A stretch of DNA of 64,000 nucleotides from a bacterium (GCA_030704665.1 JAUYID010000009.1:256832-320831); one strand, 5' to 3'; counted from the stretch's first letter, positions 46,287 through 55,870 are shown. Translations and numbers: made by a program. Notes: generated from the letters alone by a model not told the origin.

Positions 46287-47876
46287 ATGGCTGTGCTTTA
46301 CCGCAAATATCGACCTCAAAAACTCTCCGACATAGTGGGCCAAGATGAGATTACTTCTTCTCTTCTCAAACAGTTGCAATCGGGAAAAATCTCTCACGCT
46401 TACCTTTTTTCTGGACCGCGCGGAACTGGGAAAACTTCTACGGCACGGATTCTGGCCAAGGCGCTGAATTGTGAAAAATCGAAAGAGGATAAATATGATG
46501 AGCCGTGTGGAAAATGCCAATCTTGTCTAGCCATTGCTGAAGGACGTTACTTAGATTTGATTGAAATTGATGCTGCCTCAAACCGGGGTATTGATGAGAT
46601 TCGGGAACTGCGGGAAAAGATTCGTCTCGCTCCGACAGAAGGTCGTTTCAAAGTCTACATTATAGATGAGGTCCATATGCTCACCAATGAAGCTTTCAAC
46701 GCTTTGCTCAAAACTTTGGAGGAGCCTCCGGAACACGCAATTTTTATTCTCGCTACCACTGAACTACAAAAAGTTCCCTCGACTATTCTTTCGCGGACGC
46801 AAAGATTTGCTTTCAAAAGACCGAGTGTGAAAGATATTACTCTTTGTTTGCTGCCCATTGCTAAAGCAGAGAAATTTGGTTTTGACAAAGAAGTCTTGGA
46901 AGAGATCGCTAGGGCCTCCGATGGGGCCTTTCGGGACGCCCTAGTTTTGCTGGATAAAGTTTCAGCGGTAGATACCAAGGCAGACTTGGCTCGCGTCCGG
47001 ACTATTCTTGGGAAAAGCCAAGAAAGATTGACTCTGATCGAACAGCTTGTCAGCTCGGATAGCCAGGGGGCGATCCTTTGGCTGAACAATTTTTTGAACC
47101 AAGGTGGAAACCCAAGGATTCTCGCGGAAGATATCTTGCAGGATTTGCGAGTACTCCTTCTTTTTAGGCAAGGAGTTGGGGAGAAGATTTTTGCTGACTT
47201 TGATGAAGAAAAGACTGTTGAAATTGAAAGATTGGCGGGCAAAATTGCTAAGGAAAAAACCCTCAAATGGGTCAATCTTTTTACAACTGCCTTGGTGGAT
47301 CTGCGCCAAGCCAGCATTCCTCAACTACCTTTGGAAATGGCGATCATCGAGGCCTGTGGTTTTGAAGCCGAAGTTAAAGAAGTTAAAACTGAAGCTGAGG
47401 TAAAAGCGGGTGCTAAGCTAGAGACAAAAGCTGCGCAAGAAGCTAAATTGGGCTCGTCCGAGATGAAAAACGGAGAAACAGGCGAAGTTGGAGAGAGAAA
47501 AACTGAGATAGATGTGGATCATCAAAATCTTGTCGCGGTGGATTTTAAAGCGGATATGAAAAAAGTTCTTGGAGCCTGGGATACAATTCTTAAAGAACTC
47601 AAACCAAAGAACAATTCGCTCGAGATTTTTCTCCGTGGAGCAACACCAAAAGAAATCGATGAGGGAATTTTACTTATTGAGTTTGGCTACCGTTTTCACA
47701 AAGACAGGTTTGATGAGCCCAAAAACCGAGCGATCATCGAGGCGATTTTGCTCCAAGTACTTGGCGAGCCTGTTAGAATAAAGACAGTGGTGGGAACACC
47801 AAAACCAAAGGTGATCATTAAGGAAAAGATCGTCGAAGAGTCTGACCCGGTGGAAGTTTTTGGAAAGCTAGATTAA
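46287..47876 (+). CDS. dnaX: DNA polymerase III subunit gamma/tau
   Basis: 529 aa. AAA+ P-loop GPRGTGKTS, zinc module CGKCQSC, sensor motifs. Confidence 0.85.
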   Translation: MAVLYRKYRPQKLSDIVGQDEITSSLLKQLQSGKISHAYLFSGPRGTGKTSTARILAKALNCEKSKEDKYDEPCGKCQSCLAIAEGRYLDLIEIDAASNRGIDEIRELREKIRLAPTEGRFKVYIIDEVHMLTNEAFNALLKTLEEPPEHAIFILATTELQKVPSTILSRTQRFAFKRPSVKDITLCLLPIAKAEKFGFDKEVLEEIARASDGAFRDALVLLDKVSAVDTKADLARVRTILGKSQERLTLIEQLVSSDSQGAILWLNNFLNQGGNPRILAEDILQDLRVLLLFRQGVGEKIFADFDEEKTVEIERLAGKIAKEKTLKWVNLFTTALVDLRQASIPQLPLEMAIIEACGFEAEVKEVKTEAEVKAGAKLETKAAQEAKLGSSEMKNGETGEVGERKTEIDVDHQNLVAVDFKADMKKVLGAWDTILKELKPKNNSLEIFLRGATPKEIDEGILLIEFGYRFHKDRFDEPKNRAIIEAILLQVLGEPVRIKTVVGTPKPKVIIKEKIVEESDPVEVFGKLD

Positions 47877-47897
47877 ATTTATTTTAGGAGGATAAAC

Positions 47898-48179
47898 ATG
47901 TTAGATAAATTAAAGCAGCTCTATGAACTAAAAAAACAAGCCGACCAGATGAAAAAGGAACTCGAAGTCGAAGTTCTTGAAGTTGAAGTCGGAGATGTGG
48001 TAGTGAAAGTCAACGCCGCCCAAAAAGTACTTAACCTTAGTTATCCGGAAAATACTCATCCGGATCGAGTGCGGGACGCGATCAACAAAGCTATGGACGA
48101 AGCGCAAAAAGTCGCCGCCAAAAAAATGCAGGGGATGATGGGTGGCATGGGTGGTATGGCAGATCTCCTCAAGGGTTAG
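47898..48179 (+). CDS. ybaB: nucleoid-associated protein YbaB/EbfC
   Basis: 93 aa. Typical coiled N-terminus and Gly/Met-rich tail. Confidence 0.8.
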   Translation: MLDKLKQLYELKKQADQMKKELEVEVLEVEVGDVVVKVNAAQKVLNLSYPENTHPDRVRDAINKAMDEAQKVAAKKMQGMMGGMGGMADLLKG

Positions 48180-48259
48180 GAAGCCCAAAACTTGTTTCCT
48201 AGTAATATAATCTAATTAACCAAAAAGCTATAGGTCAGCTGCTGCAGTGGAGGTGAGAG

Positions 48260-49174
48260 ATGAAGCAGTTATTTGCAAAGGTAAAAGCAGGGTTGACCAG
48301 CATAGCTCTCGGCAGCATTGTTTGGCTGCTTCGTGCTGTGATGCGCTGGTTCCCAAAGAATCTGCGCGCCGTCATCCTATTCCAGCTTGGCTTGGGTATC
48401 TTGATCTTCGGTTGGTTCTGGATCGGGCGGCGAATGAACAGCAACCTGAGGCTCTTGCGTCCGGACCTGAACTGGGCTCAGAGACTGATGGTGACAGTAC
48501 GAAATATCTGGACTCTGACTCGGGCTTGGACTTTCCTCTTGAGCAACGAGGAGATTGCTCCTGAAGATATGCAGGCGCGGGTCGAGGGGGCCGAGCCGCT
48601 GCTCGAATCCTACAATGCCGGAACCAAGACTATCGTTGCCTTTGTGCACATCGCGGTGAACGAATTGGTACCGGCAGTTTCGGCTCTGGGGGTGAGAGCA
48701 TTTGCGCCGGCCGAAGCAATTCCGGAGTTACTCTATCAGGCTATGGCGCGACTGCGTGCTCGCCACGGCAATGTTGAGTTCACGCGGATTAGTCGTGGCC
48801 AGACCTTGCCAGTCTGTCGGCAAAAACTAGCCGAAGGCTGGATTGTCGTTTTGGCGCTGGACATGATCCGCCAGGCCGGTAGCGGTGGAGTTCTCTGTCG
48901 TCTAGGGACTGCCAAAGGGTACTTTCCAGTTGGAGCAGTCAAACTTGCTCTCGAAGAAGAAGCTAGTCTTTGGCTTGCCCTACCGTACTACGACCAGAAG
49001 GGTGTGGCCCGACTGCGCATCGAAGGTCCGTTTGAGTTGACTCGTACTGGAGAGGTCGTCGCCGACATCGAGTCCAACACCTGTCGGCTAGTTGCTGCGT
49101 ACGAGAGTTTCATTCTCGAGCGTCTTGCGGATTGGTGGCAGCTGCCTTGGGTGAAGTTGACGAGGAAGGAGTGA
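48260..49174 (+). CDS. LpxL/HtrB-like lysophospholipid acyltransferase-family membrane protein (putative; GC-rich islet)
   Basis: 304 aa. N-terminal TM helices and HIAVNE (HX4D/E-like) motif. Inserted between ybaB and recR. Confidence 0.35.
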   Translation: MKQLFAKVKAGLTSIALGSIVWLLRAVMRWFPKNLRAVILFQLGLGILIFGWFWIGRRMNSNLRLLRPDLNWAQRLMVTVRNIWTLTRAWTFLLSNEEIAPEDMQARVEGAEPLLESYNAGTKTIVAFVHIAVNELVPAVSALGVRAFAPAEAIPELLYQAMARLRARHGNVEFTRISRGQTLPVCRQKLAEGWIVVLALDMIRQAGSGGVLCRLGTAKGYFPVGAVKLALEEEASLWLALPYYDQKGVARLRIEGPFELTRTGEVVADIESNTCRLVAAYESFILERLADWWQLPWVKLTRKE

Positions 49175-49192
49175 TCGCGGGGCGCTCAACGG

Positions 49193-49852
49193 TTGAAAGA
49201 CCGGCGAGTGCCCCTTCGCGTTTTCTTCGCGGATATTTTTTGTTACACTAGTAAGGTGCAAATTCCCAAATCAGTTGCCAATGTCATCGCTGAATTTGAA
49301 AAATTACCCGGTATTGGGCCGAAGTCAGCACAAAGGCTAACCTACTATTTACTTCACGCTCCGAAGGAACAGTCCGCCGCTCTTTCAGCTGCGGTCGCCG
49401 AACTCAAAGACAAAACAGTTCTTTGTAGCACTTGCTTCAATGTTGCGGAAGTTGATCCTTGCGAAGTTTGCAGCTCAAAGATGCGGGACCGCGCGGTCAT
49501 TATGGTGGTTGAGGAACCGCTTGACGCTCTAGCCCTCGAGCGTTCCCGATCCTTCAAAGGGCTTTATCACGTTCTTCACGGAGCCATCGCCCCACTCGAC
49601 AACATTGGTCCGGACGAAATCTATCTCAAAGAACTTTTGCCAAGACTAAAAAGTGGCGAAGTCAAAGAAGTGATTCTGGCGACCAATCCGAATATCGAAG
49701 GGGAAGCAACCGCGATGTACATTCAACGTTTGATCCAACCTCTTGGGCTGCGGGTGACTCGTATCGCCCGCGGTCTCCCAACTGGTGCAGACCTTGAGTA
49801 CGCTGACGAAACGACTCTTTCCCGCGCGGTTGAAGGTAGAGTTGATTTTTAA
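49193..49852 (+). CDS. recR: recombination protein RecR
   Basis: HhH motif LPGIGPKSAQRL, Cys4 zinc finger, Toprim domain. True start probably GTG near 49256. Confidence 0.8.
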   Translation: MKDRRVPLRVFFADIFCYTSKVQIPKSVANVIAEFEKLPGIGPKSAQRLTYYLLHAPKEQSAALSAAVAELKDKTVLCSTCFNVAEVDPCEVCSSKMRDRAVIMVVEEPLDALALERSRSFKGLYHVLHGAIAPLDNIGPDEIYLKELLPRLKSGEVKEVILATNPNIEGEATAMYIQRLIQPLGLRVTRIARGLPTGADLEYADETTLSRAVEGRVDF

Positions 49853-49860
49853 ATCCTGTT

Positions 49861-50418
49861 ATGGCAAAAATAATCATTGGTCTGGTTGGTCCTCCTGGAT
49901 CAGGGAAAACCTCAGCCGCAAAGTATTTAGAAAGCAAAGGCTTTGTGAATCTACGACTTTCTTCTGCTTTGGAACCTGAAATAAAAAAAAGGGGTTTGCC
50001 TTTGATTCGTGAAAGTTACCAAGATCTTGGGAACGAATGGAGAAAAGAAAAGATCGATTACCTCAGTGAGATTTTGTTTACGCAGATTGAAAAGCTACCA
50101 AAAGAAGCAAAAGTAGTGGTCGAGGGTTTTCGTAACCCAGGAGAAGTGGTACCGTTTAAAGAAAGGAGCAACTTTTTTCTAATTGGACTAGATGCTGGGG
50201 TTGAGGAGCGTTTCAAAAGAGTTAACTCATTGGGACGAGATCCTCAAAGTTGGGAGGAGTTTTTGGTACTTGAGAAACGTGACCAAGGAAATGATGAGCC
50301 TGAGTGGGGCCTGCAGGTAGCGAAAACTCTAAGTTTGGCTGATATCATTATTGATACTGGCAAAGACAAAACAGCTGTATTTACAGAAATAGAAAATTTT
50401 TTGAAAGGAATAAAATGA
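49861..50418 (+). CDS. P-loop nucleotide kinase-like protein
   Basis: 185 aa. Walker A GLVGPPGSGKTS. Adenylate/dephospho-CoA kinase-like size. Confidence 0.45.
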   Translation: MAKIIIGLVGPPGSGKTSAAKYLESKGFVNLRLSSALEPEIKKRGLPLIRESYQDLGNEWRKEKIDYLSEILFTQIEKLPKEAKVVVEGFRNPGEVVPFKERSNFFLIGLDAGVEERFKRVNSLGRDPQSWEEFLVLEKRDQGNDEPEWGLQVAKTLSLADIIIDTGKDKTAVFTEIENFLKGIK

Positions 50419-50855
50419 GTTTAAACGAAAAACTACAAGCAGACATGAAAGAAGCGATGATTGCTAAGGACGAGATGAGATTGTCCACGATTCGCTTTTT
50501 GCTCTCCGACCTTAATTACTTAAAAATCGAGAAACAAAGAGAACTGACCGACGAGGATGTTCTGGGTGCGATTGAAAAACAAGTCAAGCGCCACCGCGAA
50601 AGCATTGAAGGCTTTGAAAAGGGTGGGAGAGCCGAGATGGCGGAAAAGGAAAAAGCCGAGCTAGCTATCCTGCAAACTTATTTACCCGCGCAAATGAGTG
50701 AAGAAGATATACGCAAAGCGGTTGGTGAGGCGATTGCCTCATCTGGGGCTTCTTCAATTCAAGAGATGGGCAAAGTCATGGCTGCACTTTCTAGCCTTAA
50801 AGGCAAAGCAGACATGAGTGTTGTCAGTTCCATAGTTAAAGAAAAGCTTTCCTAG
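50415..50855 (+). CDS. yqeY: GatB/YqeY domain protein
   Basis: 146 aa with the YqeY family pattern. Confidence 0.7.
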   Translation: MSLNEKLQADMKEAMIAKDEMRLSTIRFLLSDLNYLKIEKQRELTDEDVLGAIEKQVKRHRESIEGFEKGGRAEMAEKEKAELAILQTYLPAQMSEEDIRKAVGEAIASSGASSIQEMGKVMAALSSLKGKADMSVVSSIVKEKLS

Positions 50856-51199
50856 ATTGTTTTGTTATTTTAAGCCTATTTAGAATTCTTTCTGTCACTT
50901 TTTAGAAAAGTGACCAAAACTTCCGCCAGGCTGCGTGCGCTAGCAAGATTTAAGTCGCTCAAGCAAAGTTGTTAAACTCGCCTTCGGCTCAAACAAAACA
51001 ACTTGTGCTAGGTCGCTTGGTTAAATCTTGCTTAAACGCGTACTCGCAATGGCGGTATAAGAAAATTTTAACTTCGCATTCACAATTCTTAATTCTGGAC
51101 TCACTTGTTTCCTTGACCCGAAAGGGTACAATTTTAGATGAGACATGGCAGTGTCTTCCGACTTACTTCGTTTTTGGCAGGTTTGCAGTATCACGAAGA

Positions 51200-52860
51200 A
51201 GCCCTAGTTAAAAAAGTAGGTCGGTTGAAGGGGTAGAAGGGTAGGGCAGATTTCCAGAGCAGCTGGTTTCTTGTTCTTTCCTAGGGGAGAACACGTCTGT
51301 TCGGTGTACACTCAATCAGCTGTTCTGTCGCATTGGTTTTCCCAAGGTTCAACTATCGGGTTCGAACGGGCAACCAAGGCAAAATGCGGCGAAGTGGGGG
51401 TTTTAGTGCTCAATTAGCCTTTGCTTCGCCGTTCCCCAAGGCAAACAATTGACCGCTTGCTTTTTCATTTTTCTAGTAGCATTATCTCAATAACGGTTTG
51501 TGGAACGGCCTCGAGTTCCGATTGGAAAAAGACTGATGTCTCTGTCCAAGTCCACGATATCAAGAGGCAAGGAGGTGCTGTCTAGCCAAGTTCTCGGCAT
51601 AGGCGTGTCCTGACAGGACGTGACTGTACTTCAGGACAATTCCCCCACCAGGGAATGGGCGGAACTGAATGACGTTTTGGGAGAGGCGTTGTTTGGTGCC
51701 CCAGAAGATGGTGACTGGAGAGGGCGGCTTTTCTCGAAAGTTACCATTGACTGTTCCTTACCTGACCTGATTTTTGCTTACTTTGTGGGCAAGTCTCAGA
51801 TCAGTTTCAATACGGTGAATCGGAGGGAGAGATGGATCTTATCTTGGGACTTTGAGCAAGGATGCTCCCGCGCGTAAGTTCCGAGCCCTCCATTCAGGCG
51901 AGAGCGAGTGTGTCCACGGATCCCCGAAATTCTTGACCACACCGCTCTCGCCCTCGCTCCTTTTTCCCCACTTGAATTTAAACAAAAAAGGTAGCATATT
52001 TAATTTGAAGGTCTGGTTGGGATCCGCATAACCGCACCAAACCTTTACCGTGTCCACACCTTGTGGCTAGCACGGGTGGATGCTCCTGACGGCCAGGAGC
52101 GTAGGTCTCAAGGAAGACAGGAGGCAGGGAAGAGTACGGCATTCGCGGAGGCTTGAGAGTACCAGTCAGGGTTTGATGGGATGCGGACCTTTCCCTGACG
52201 CTTTCCAGTTGGTGGAGTTTGGTTGCGAAGAAGAAGCACCAAAGCCATGGTGAGACTCCACCCAACTGCCAATTTCCTGATTCGATTTCGCTTGTCCGAA
52301 AAGCAGATCGGTCAGTGCGCAATAATTTCGGTTCCTCAAGGACGAGGAGTTTGAGAGCAGACGAAAGAAGGGCCAACCCTGAAGTCCCACCCCGCCACCT
52401 AGGACGTTTCAGGCCCTTCCTGCGGTTTCAAGCTGGCAGAAGCTGGCCCCCGCATATCCCCCCTCAAGGCGTCTGGTCTCAACCCCAAACCTTCAGGACA
52501 GGGGAGCGTGGTGTGACGATTTTGCGAATCGTTGCTTACGCCCCACGCTCCCCCTCGTCTAGTCTAAAAGCTTGCAATTTCCTTTCACAAAAGTTAAAAT
52601 TCAAACTGACAAGGGCATCTACGCCGCATCTCGCCGAAAGGGCGGGACCCGACGTTGCTTAACTAAGGTCGTCTTGGAATAGGACGAGCCGACAAAGAGC
52701 AGGGAAACCAAAGCAGGCCAGCCTCGACTAGCTCAGCTAGTCGAACTGAATTACCACAAAATAGATGCCTTTTTACGTGCCCGCCAATTTTGGCGAGGTA
52801 CGGTCAAAATCCCTGTGTGATTAATTTAAAAGTACCCTTTGAAAGGTTTTTAACGTGGCG
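51200..52860. other. ~1.6 kb GC-rich segment with no credible ORF (candidate structured RNA or decayed foreign DNA)
   Basis: All frames have only short stop-interrupted ORFs with junk-like translations. Contains long imperfect stems (e.g. GGCGAGAGCGAGTGTG...CACACCGCTCTCGCC around 51895-51955). Confidence 0.3.
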
Positions 52861-52865
52861 ATTTG

Positions 52866-52940
52866 TGTCATCCTGAATTTAATTCAGGATCTTCTGAAAA
52901 CGCCAGGTTAATTGGGTTCTGAAACAAGTTCAGAATGACA
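52866..52940. repeat. MITE-like palindromic element copy
   Basis: TGTCATCCTGAATTTAATTCAGGATC ... GTTCTGAAACAAGTTCAGAATGACA. Overlaps the first ATG of ORF 52935. Confidence 0.55.
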
Positions 52941-52955
52941 GAAGGAGCAATAAAA

Positions 52956-53414
52956 ATGGCTATGTTTAGTTTTTTCGGAAAAGGGTTTCGTGATCTCGAA
53001 ACCAAAATAGCAGAACTCATTACCAGCTTCGCCGGAAGTATGGCTTTTGTTTACATACATATTATTTGGTTTGGAGCCTGGATAATTTTCGCCAAGCAAA
53101 TTGGTGATACCTTTCCTTTTGGTTTGCTGACAATGATCGTCTCCCTTGAGGCAATTTTCCTTTCTACCTTGATCATGGTCAAACAAAACCGTCAGGCTGA
53201 GATTGATGCCCAAAGAGCTGAAGAAGAGGATGAAGAAAGAGAAGACATTGAAGAAGATATTGAGGATATTCAAGAGGATTTCGATGAGCTACAAAAAGAT
53301 CTTAGTGAAGTGCGTCGTCTCATTGAAAAAATTGAATCTCGAACTACTAGTTACGACCCTGTTTCCAAACCAGTGCCTTCTAGCATTCGAAACAAGAAAA
53401 AAGATTCCGCCTAA
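52956..53414 (+). CDS. DUF1003-like membrane protein with acidic coiled-coil tail
   Basis: AAGGAG RBS 8 nt before ATG at 52956. Two TM helices and an NRQ motif, then an E/D-rich tail. Confidence 0.5.
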   Translation: MAMFSFFGKGFRDLETKIAELITSFAGSMAFVYIHIIWFGAWIIFAKQIGDTFPFGLLTMIVSLEAIFLSTLIMVKQNRQAEIDAQRAEEEDEEREDIEEDIEDIQEDFDELQKDLSEVRRLIEKIESRTTSYDPVSKPVPSSIRNKKKDSA

Positions 53415-53446
53415 ACAAACGAGGTTAGTTAAACTTAAATCTTGAG

Positions 53447-53480
53447 TAGTACAAATTGTACGATCGTGAACTTTGTTCTA
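53447..53480 (+). repeat. copy 6 of 33-bp ACGATCGTG motif
   Basis: TAGTACAAATTGTACGATCGTGAACTTTGTTCTA, immediately followed by a MITE-like element. Confidence 0.55.
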
Positions 53481-53484
53481 TCTA

Positions 53485-53560
53485 AATGCCATCCTGAACA
53501 CTTCGCTCTCTCACTCTGAAAGTAGTGAAGAGTCTCGAGTTCAAACCCAGTGAGAGATTT
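53485..53560. repeat. MITE-like palindromic element copy
   Basis: AATGCCATCCTGAACACTTCGCTCTCTCACTCTGAAAGTAGTGAAGAGTCTCGAGTTCAAACCCAGTGAGAGA. Upstream of cysS. Confidence 0.5.
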
Positions 53561-53648
53561 TCTGATCTACCCCTAAGTTAATCAAAGAGATTCTTCAGCA
53601 GTTTTGGCTGGTTGTCCGGCTCTCTGAATGTGATAATATGATTAGCTA

Positions 53649-55079
53649 ATGTCAGAAATATTTCTCACCAACACTTTGGGTAGAAAAAAGGAAAAGTTTG
53701 AGGCGACTAATTCGTTGGTTACTATTTATTCCTGTGGGCCGACAGTTTACCGCAACGTTCATATCGGCAATTTGCGTACCTACATAAGCGTCGATCTTCT
53801 TATTCGAGCTTTGAAATACAATGGTTACGAGGTGCGACACGTCAAAAATATTACCGATGTGGGGCACATGCGCAGTACCGGAGCAGACACCGCTTACGAT
53901 CCGATCATTAACGAGGCCCTCAAAGAAGGCAAGACTCCAGCTGAGATTGCGGAGATTTATACTCAGGCTTACTTTGAAGATCAAAAGAAGCTCAATATTC
54001 TCGATGCGCACGTCAATCCCAAAGCGACCGAGCATATAGCTGAAATGATTGCACTGACCGAGGAGTTGGTTAAAAATGATCTTGCCTACGAAGTAGAGGG
54101 AACAGTTTACTTCGACGTCAAAAAGTTTAAAGATTACGGTAAGCTATCGGGTAATACCTTGGACAAAATGGGACAGTTGCTCGAAGCGGTGCGAGTTTCA
54201 GTTGAGACCGACAAAAAAGACAGCGTTGATTTTGCTCTTTGGAAGTTGTCTAAAGATGACCGCGCCATGGTTTGGGACAGCCCGTGGGGGAAAGGCTTTC
54301 CCGGCTGGCACATTGAGTGTTCGGCGATGTCGCTCAAACACCTAACCAAAGCCTTTGAGAGTGGCAAATTTGATCCAGAAGAAGTTAAAACTATAGATAT
54401 TCACTCCGGTGGAGAGGATTTGATCTTCCCACACCATGAAGACGAGATCGCTCAAAGTCAGGGAGCAAGTGGAAAAGAGTTTGTAAAATACTGGTTTCAC
54501 GGTGGTTTTCTGACAGTTGATGACAAAAAGATGTCTCGTAGTGCAGGTAATTATCTTGTTCTAAATGATATAGAAAGCAAGGAGTACAAGCCACTTTCGT
54601 TTCGTTATTTAACGCTAACTGCACACTACCGCAGTAAACTAAATTTTACTTGGGAGTCTCTGACTGCGGCCCAAATTGCCCTTAAAAATCTTTATCGTGA
54701 AATTTCCCGTTACTATCAAGAATCAGAGGCAAAAATCGGTTGTGCTGAATACGAAGAAAGGTTTTTGGCGGCTGTTAATGACGATCTTGACACTCCAAAG
54801 GCACTTACGGTTGTTTGGGAACTGGTAAAGAGTGATTATCCAGCTTCAGCAAAGTTAAAAAGCTTACTTAAATTTGATGAATTTTTAGGTTTGGATTTGC
54901 ATACAGTTTCAAGCGGTAAAATTTCCGACGAGGTTGGCGCTTTGGTTGAAGAACGCGAAAAAGCACGAGCCGCGAAGGATTTTGCCAAAGCTGACGAACT
55001 TCGCGCCGAGATTGCCAAAAAAGGTTTTGAAGTAGTTGACGAAGAAGCTGGCCCGAAACTAAAGAAGATCATCCAATGA
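53649..55079 (+). CDS. cysS: cysteinyl-tRNA synthetase
   Basis: 476 aa. HIGN (HIGH) and KMSRS motifs. Zn-binding Cys. Confidence 0.9.
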   Translation: MSEIFLTNTLGRKKEKFEATNSLVTIYSCGPTVYRNVHIGNLRTYISVDLLIRALKYNGYEVRHVKNITDVGHMRSTGADTAYDPIINEALKEGKTPAEIAEIYTQAYFEDQKKLNILDAHVNPKATEHIAEMIALTEELVKNDLAYEVEGTVYFDVKKFKDYGKLSGNTLDKMGQLLEAVRVSVETDKKDSVDFALWKLSKDDRAMVWDSPWGKGFPGWHIECSAMSLKHLTKAFESGKFDPEEVKTIDIHSGGEDLIFPHHEDEIAQSQGASGKEFVKYWFHGGFLTVDDKKMSRSAGNYLVLNDIESKEYKPLSFRYLTLTAHYRSKLNFTWESLTAAQIALKNLYREISRYYQESEAKIGCAEYEERFLAAVNDDLDTPKALTVVWELVKSDYPASAKLKSLLKFDEFLGLDLHTVSSGKISDEVGALVEEREKARAAKDFAKADELRAEIAKKGFEVVDEEAGPKLKKIIQ

Positions 55080-55870
55080 GCGAAAAAATCGTTAATTTTT
55101 CCGACAAACAAGGCAGAAAAATCGTGGGCACTTTGCTTCTTCCTGAGGGTGCAGGCCCCTTTCCCGCGGTTGTAATCTGTCACGGTTTTCGTGGTGATAG
55201 AAACCAGGAAAACTTAACTGAAATAACAGAGGAAACAAGCAAAAAGGATATCGTTACTTTTCGCTTTGACTTTACCAAAGTGCCCGGAGAAAGCGATTTA
55301 CCACTAGAAGATATGACGATAACTTATGAATTGGAAGTTTTGGATTTAGCTCTAGATTTCCTTCGAAAAATTCCAGAAGTTAACAAGGATAAAATAGGTT
55401 TGGCCGGACATTCGTTAGGTGGGCTCGTGGTTGCTTGGTACGCTGCAGCTCATCCAGAGATCAAATCTCTAACACTTCTTTCGGCCGTTTACAACTTTTT
55501 AATCATGTGGAACCACCGTTATGGTGAAGAAACTGCCAAAGAGATGCAAGAAAAGGGCTTTGCCATGATTTATTCAACCAGGTTTAAAAGAGATTTAAAG
55601 ATGAAGGTTGGTTTTTATGAAGATGCGCAGAAGTATGATATTGATCAGGTGATTGATACTTTGACTTGCCCAATACTTGTAATCGCTGGAACTGAGGATG
55701 AAGCAGTAACTTTGGATCATGCCCAGCATTACTTGGATCGGGCTCCAAGCTTACAAAAAGAGTTAAAGATAATTCGGGGTGCTGATCACAACTACACAGA
55801 TCCGAAAAATTTGGAAGAAGTCAAAACCGCAGTGGCGGATTGGTTTGAGAAAACCCTGAATAACCCTTAA
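55076..55870 (+). CDS. alpha/beta hydrolase (esterase/dienelactone hydrolase-like)
   Basis: 264 aa. GHSLGG nucleophile elbow. Confidence 0.6.
   Translation: MSEKIVNFSDKQGRKIVGTLLLPEGAGPFPAVVICHGFRGDRNQENLTEITEETSKKDIVTFRFDFTKVPGESDLPLEDMTITYELEVLDLALDFLRKIPEVNKDKIGLAGHSLGGLVVAWYAAAHPEIKSLTLLSAVYNFLIMWNHRYGEETAKEMQEKGFAMIYSTRFKRDLKMKVGFYEDAQKYDIDQVIDTLTCPILVIAGTEDEAVTLDHAQHYLDRAPSLQKELKIIRGADHNYTDPKNLEEVKTAVADWFEKTLNNP

Noticed and set aside
50894-50914. Perfect 9-bp hairpin GTCACTTTT-TAG-AAAAGTGAC after yqeY as an intrinsic terminator
   Set aside because: The hairpin is clear but is not followed by a U-tract on either strand. It may be part of the adjacent structured region rather than a terminator.
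51620-52662. ORFs 51620-51877, 51978-52376, 52219-52662 inside the GC-rich non-coding region
   Set aside because: Translations are Arg/Pro/Ser-rich nonsense. There are no RBS, no domain-like patterns and no mutual consistency between frames.
50930-52860. Group II intron, RNase P RNA, tmRNA or 5S rRNA in the long non-coding stretch
   Set aside because: GTGCG occurs at ~50934, but no domain V-like GAGC...GGTTC helix, no GGAAAGTCCGG P4 motif, no tRNA-like 3' end with tag ORF and no 5S consensus was found by eye. It is left as an unassigned candidate pending a covariance-model search.
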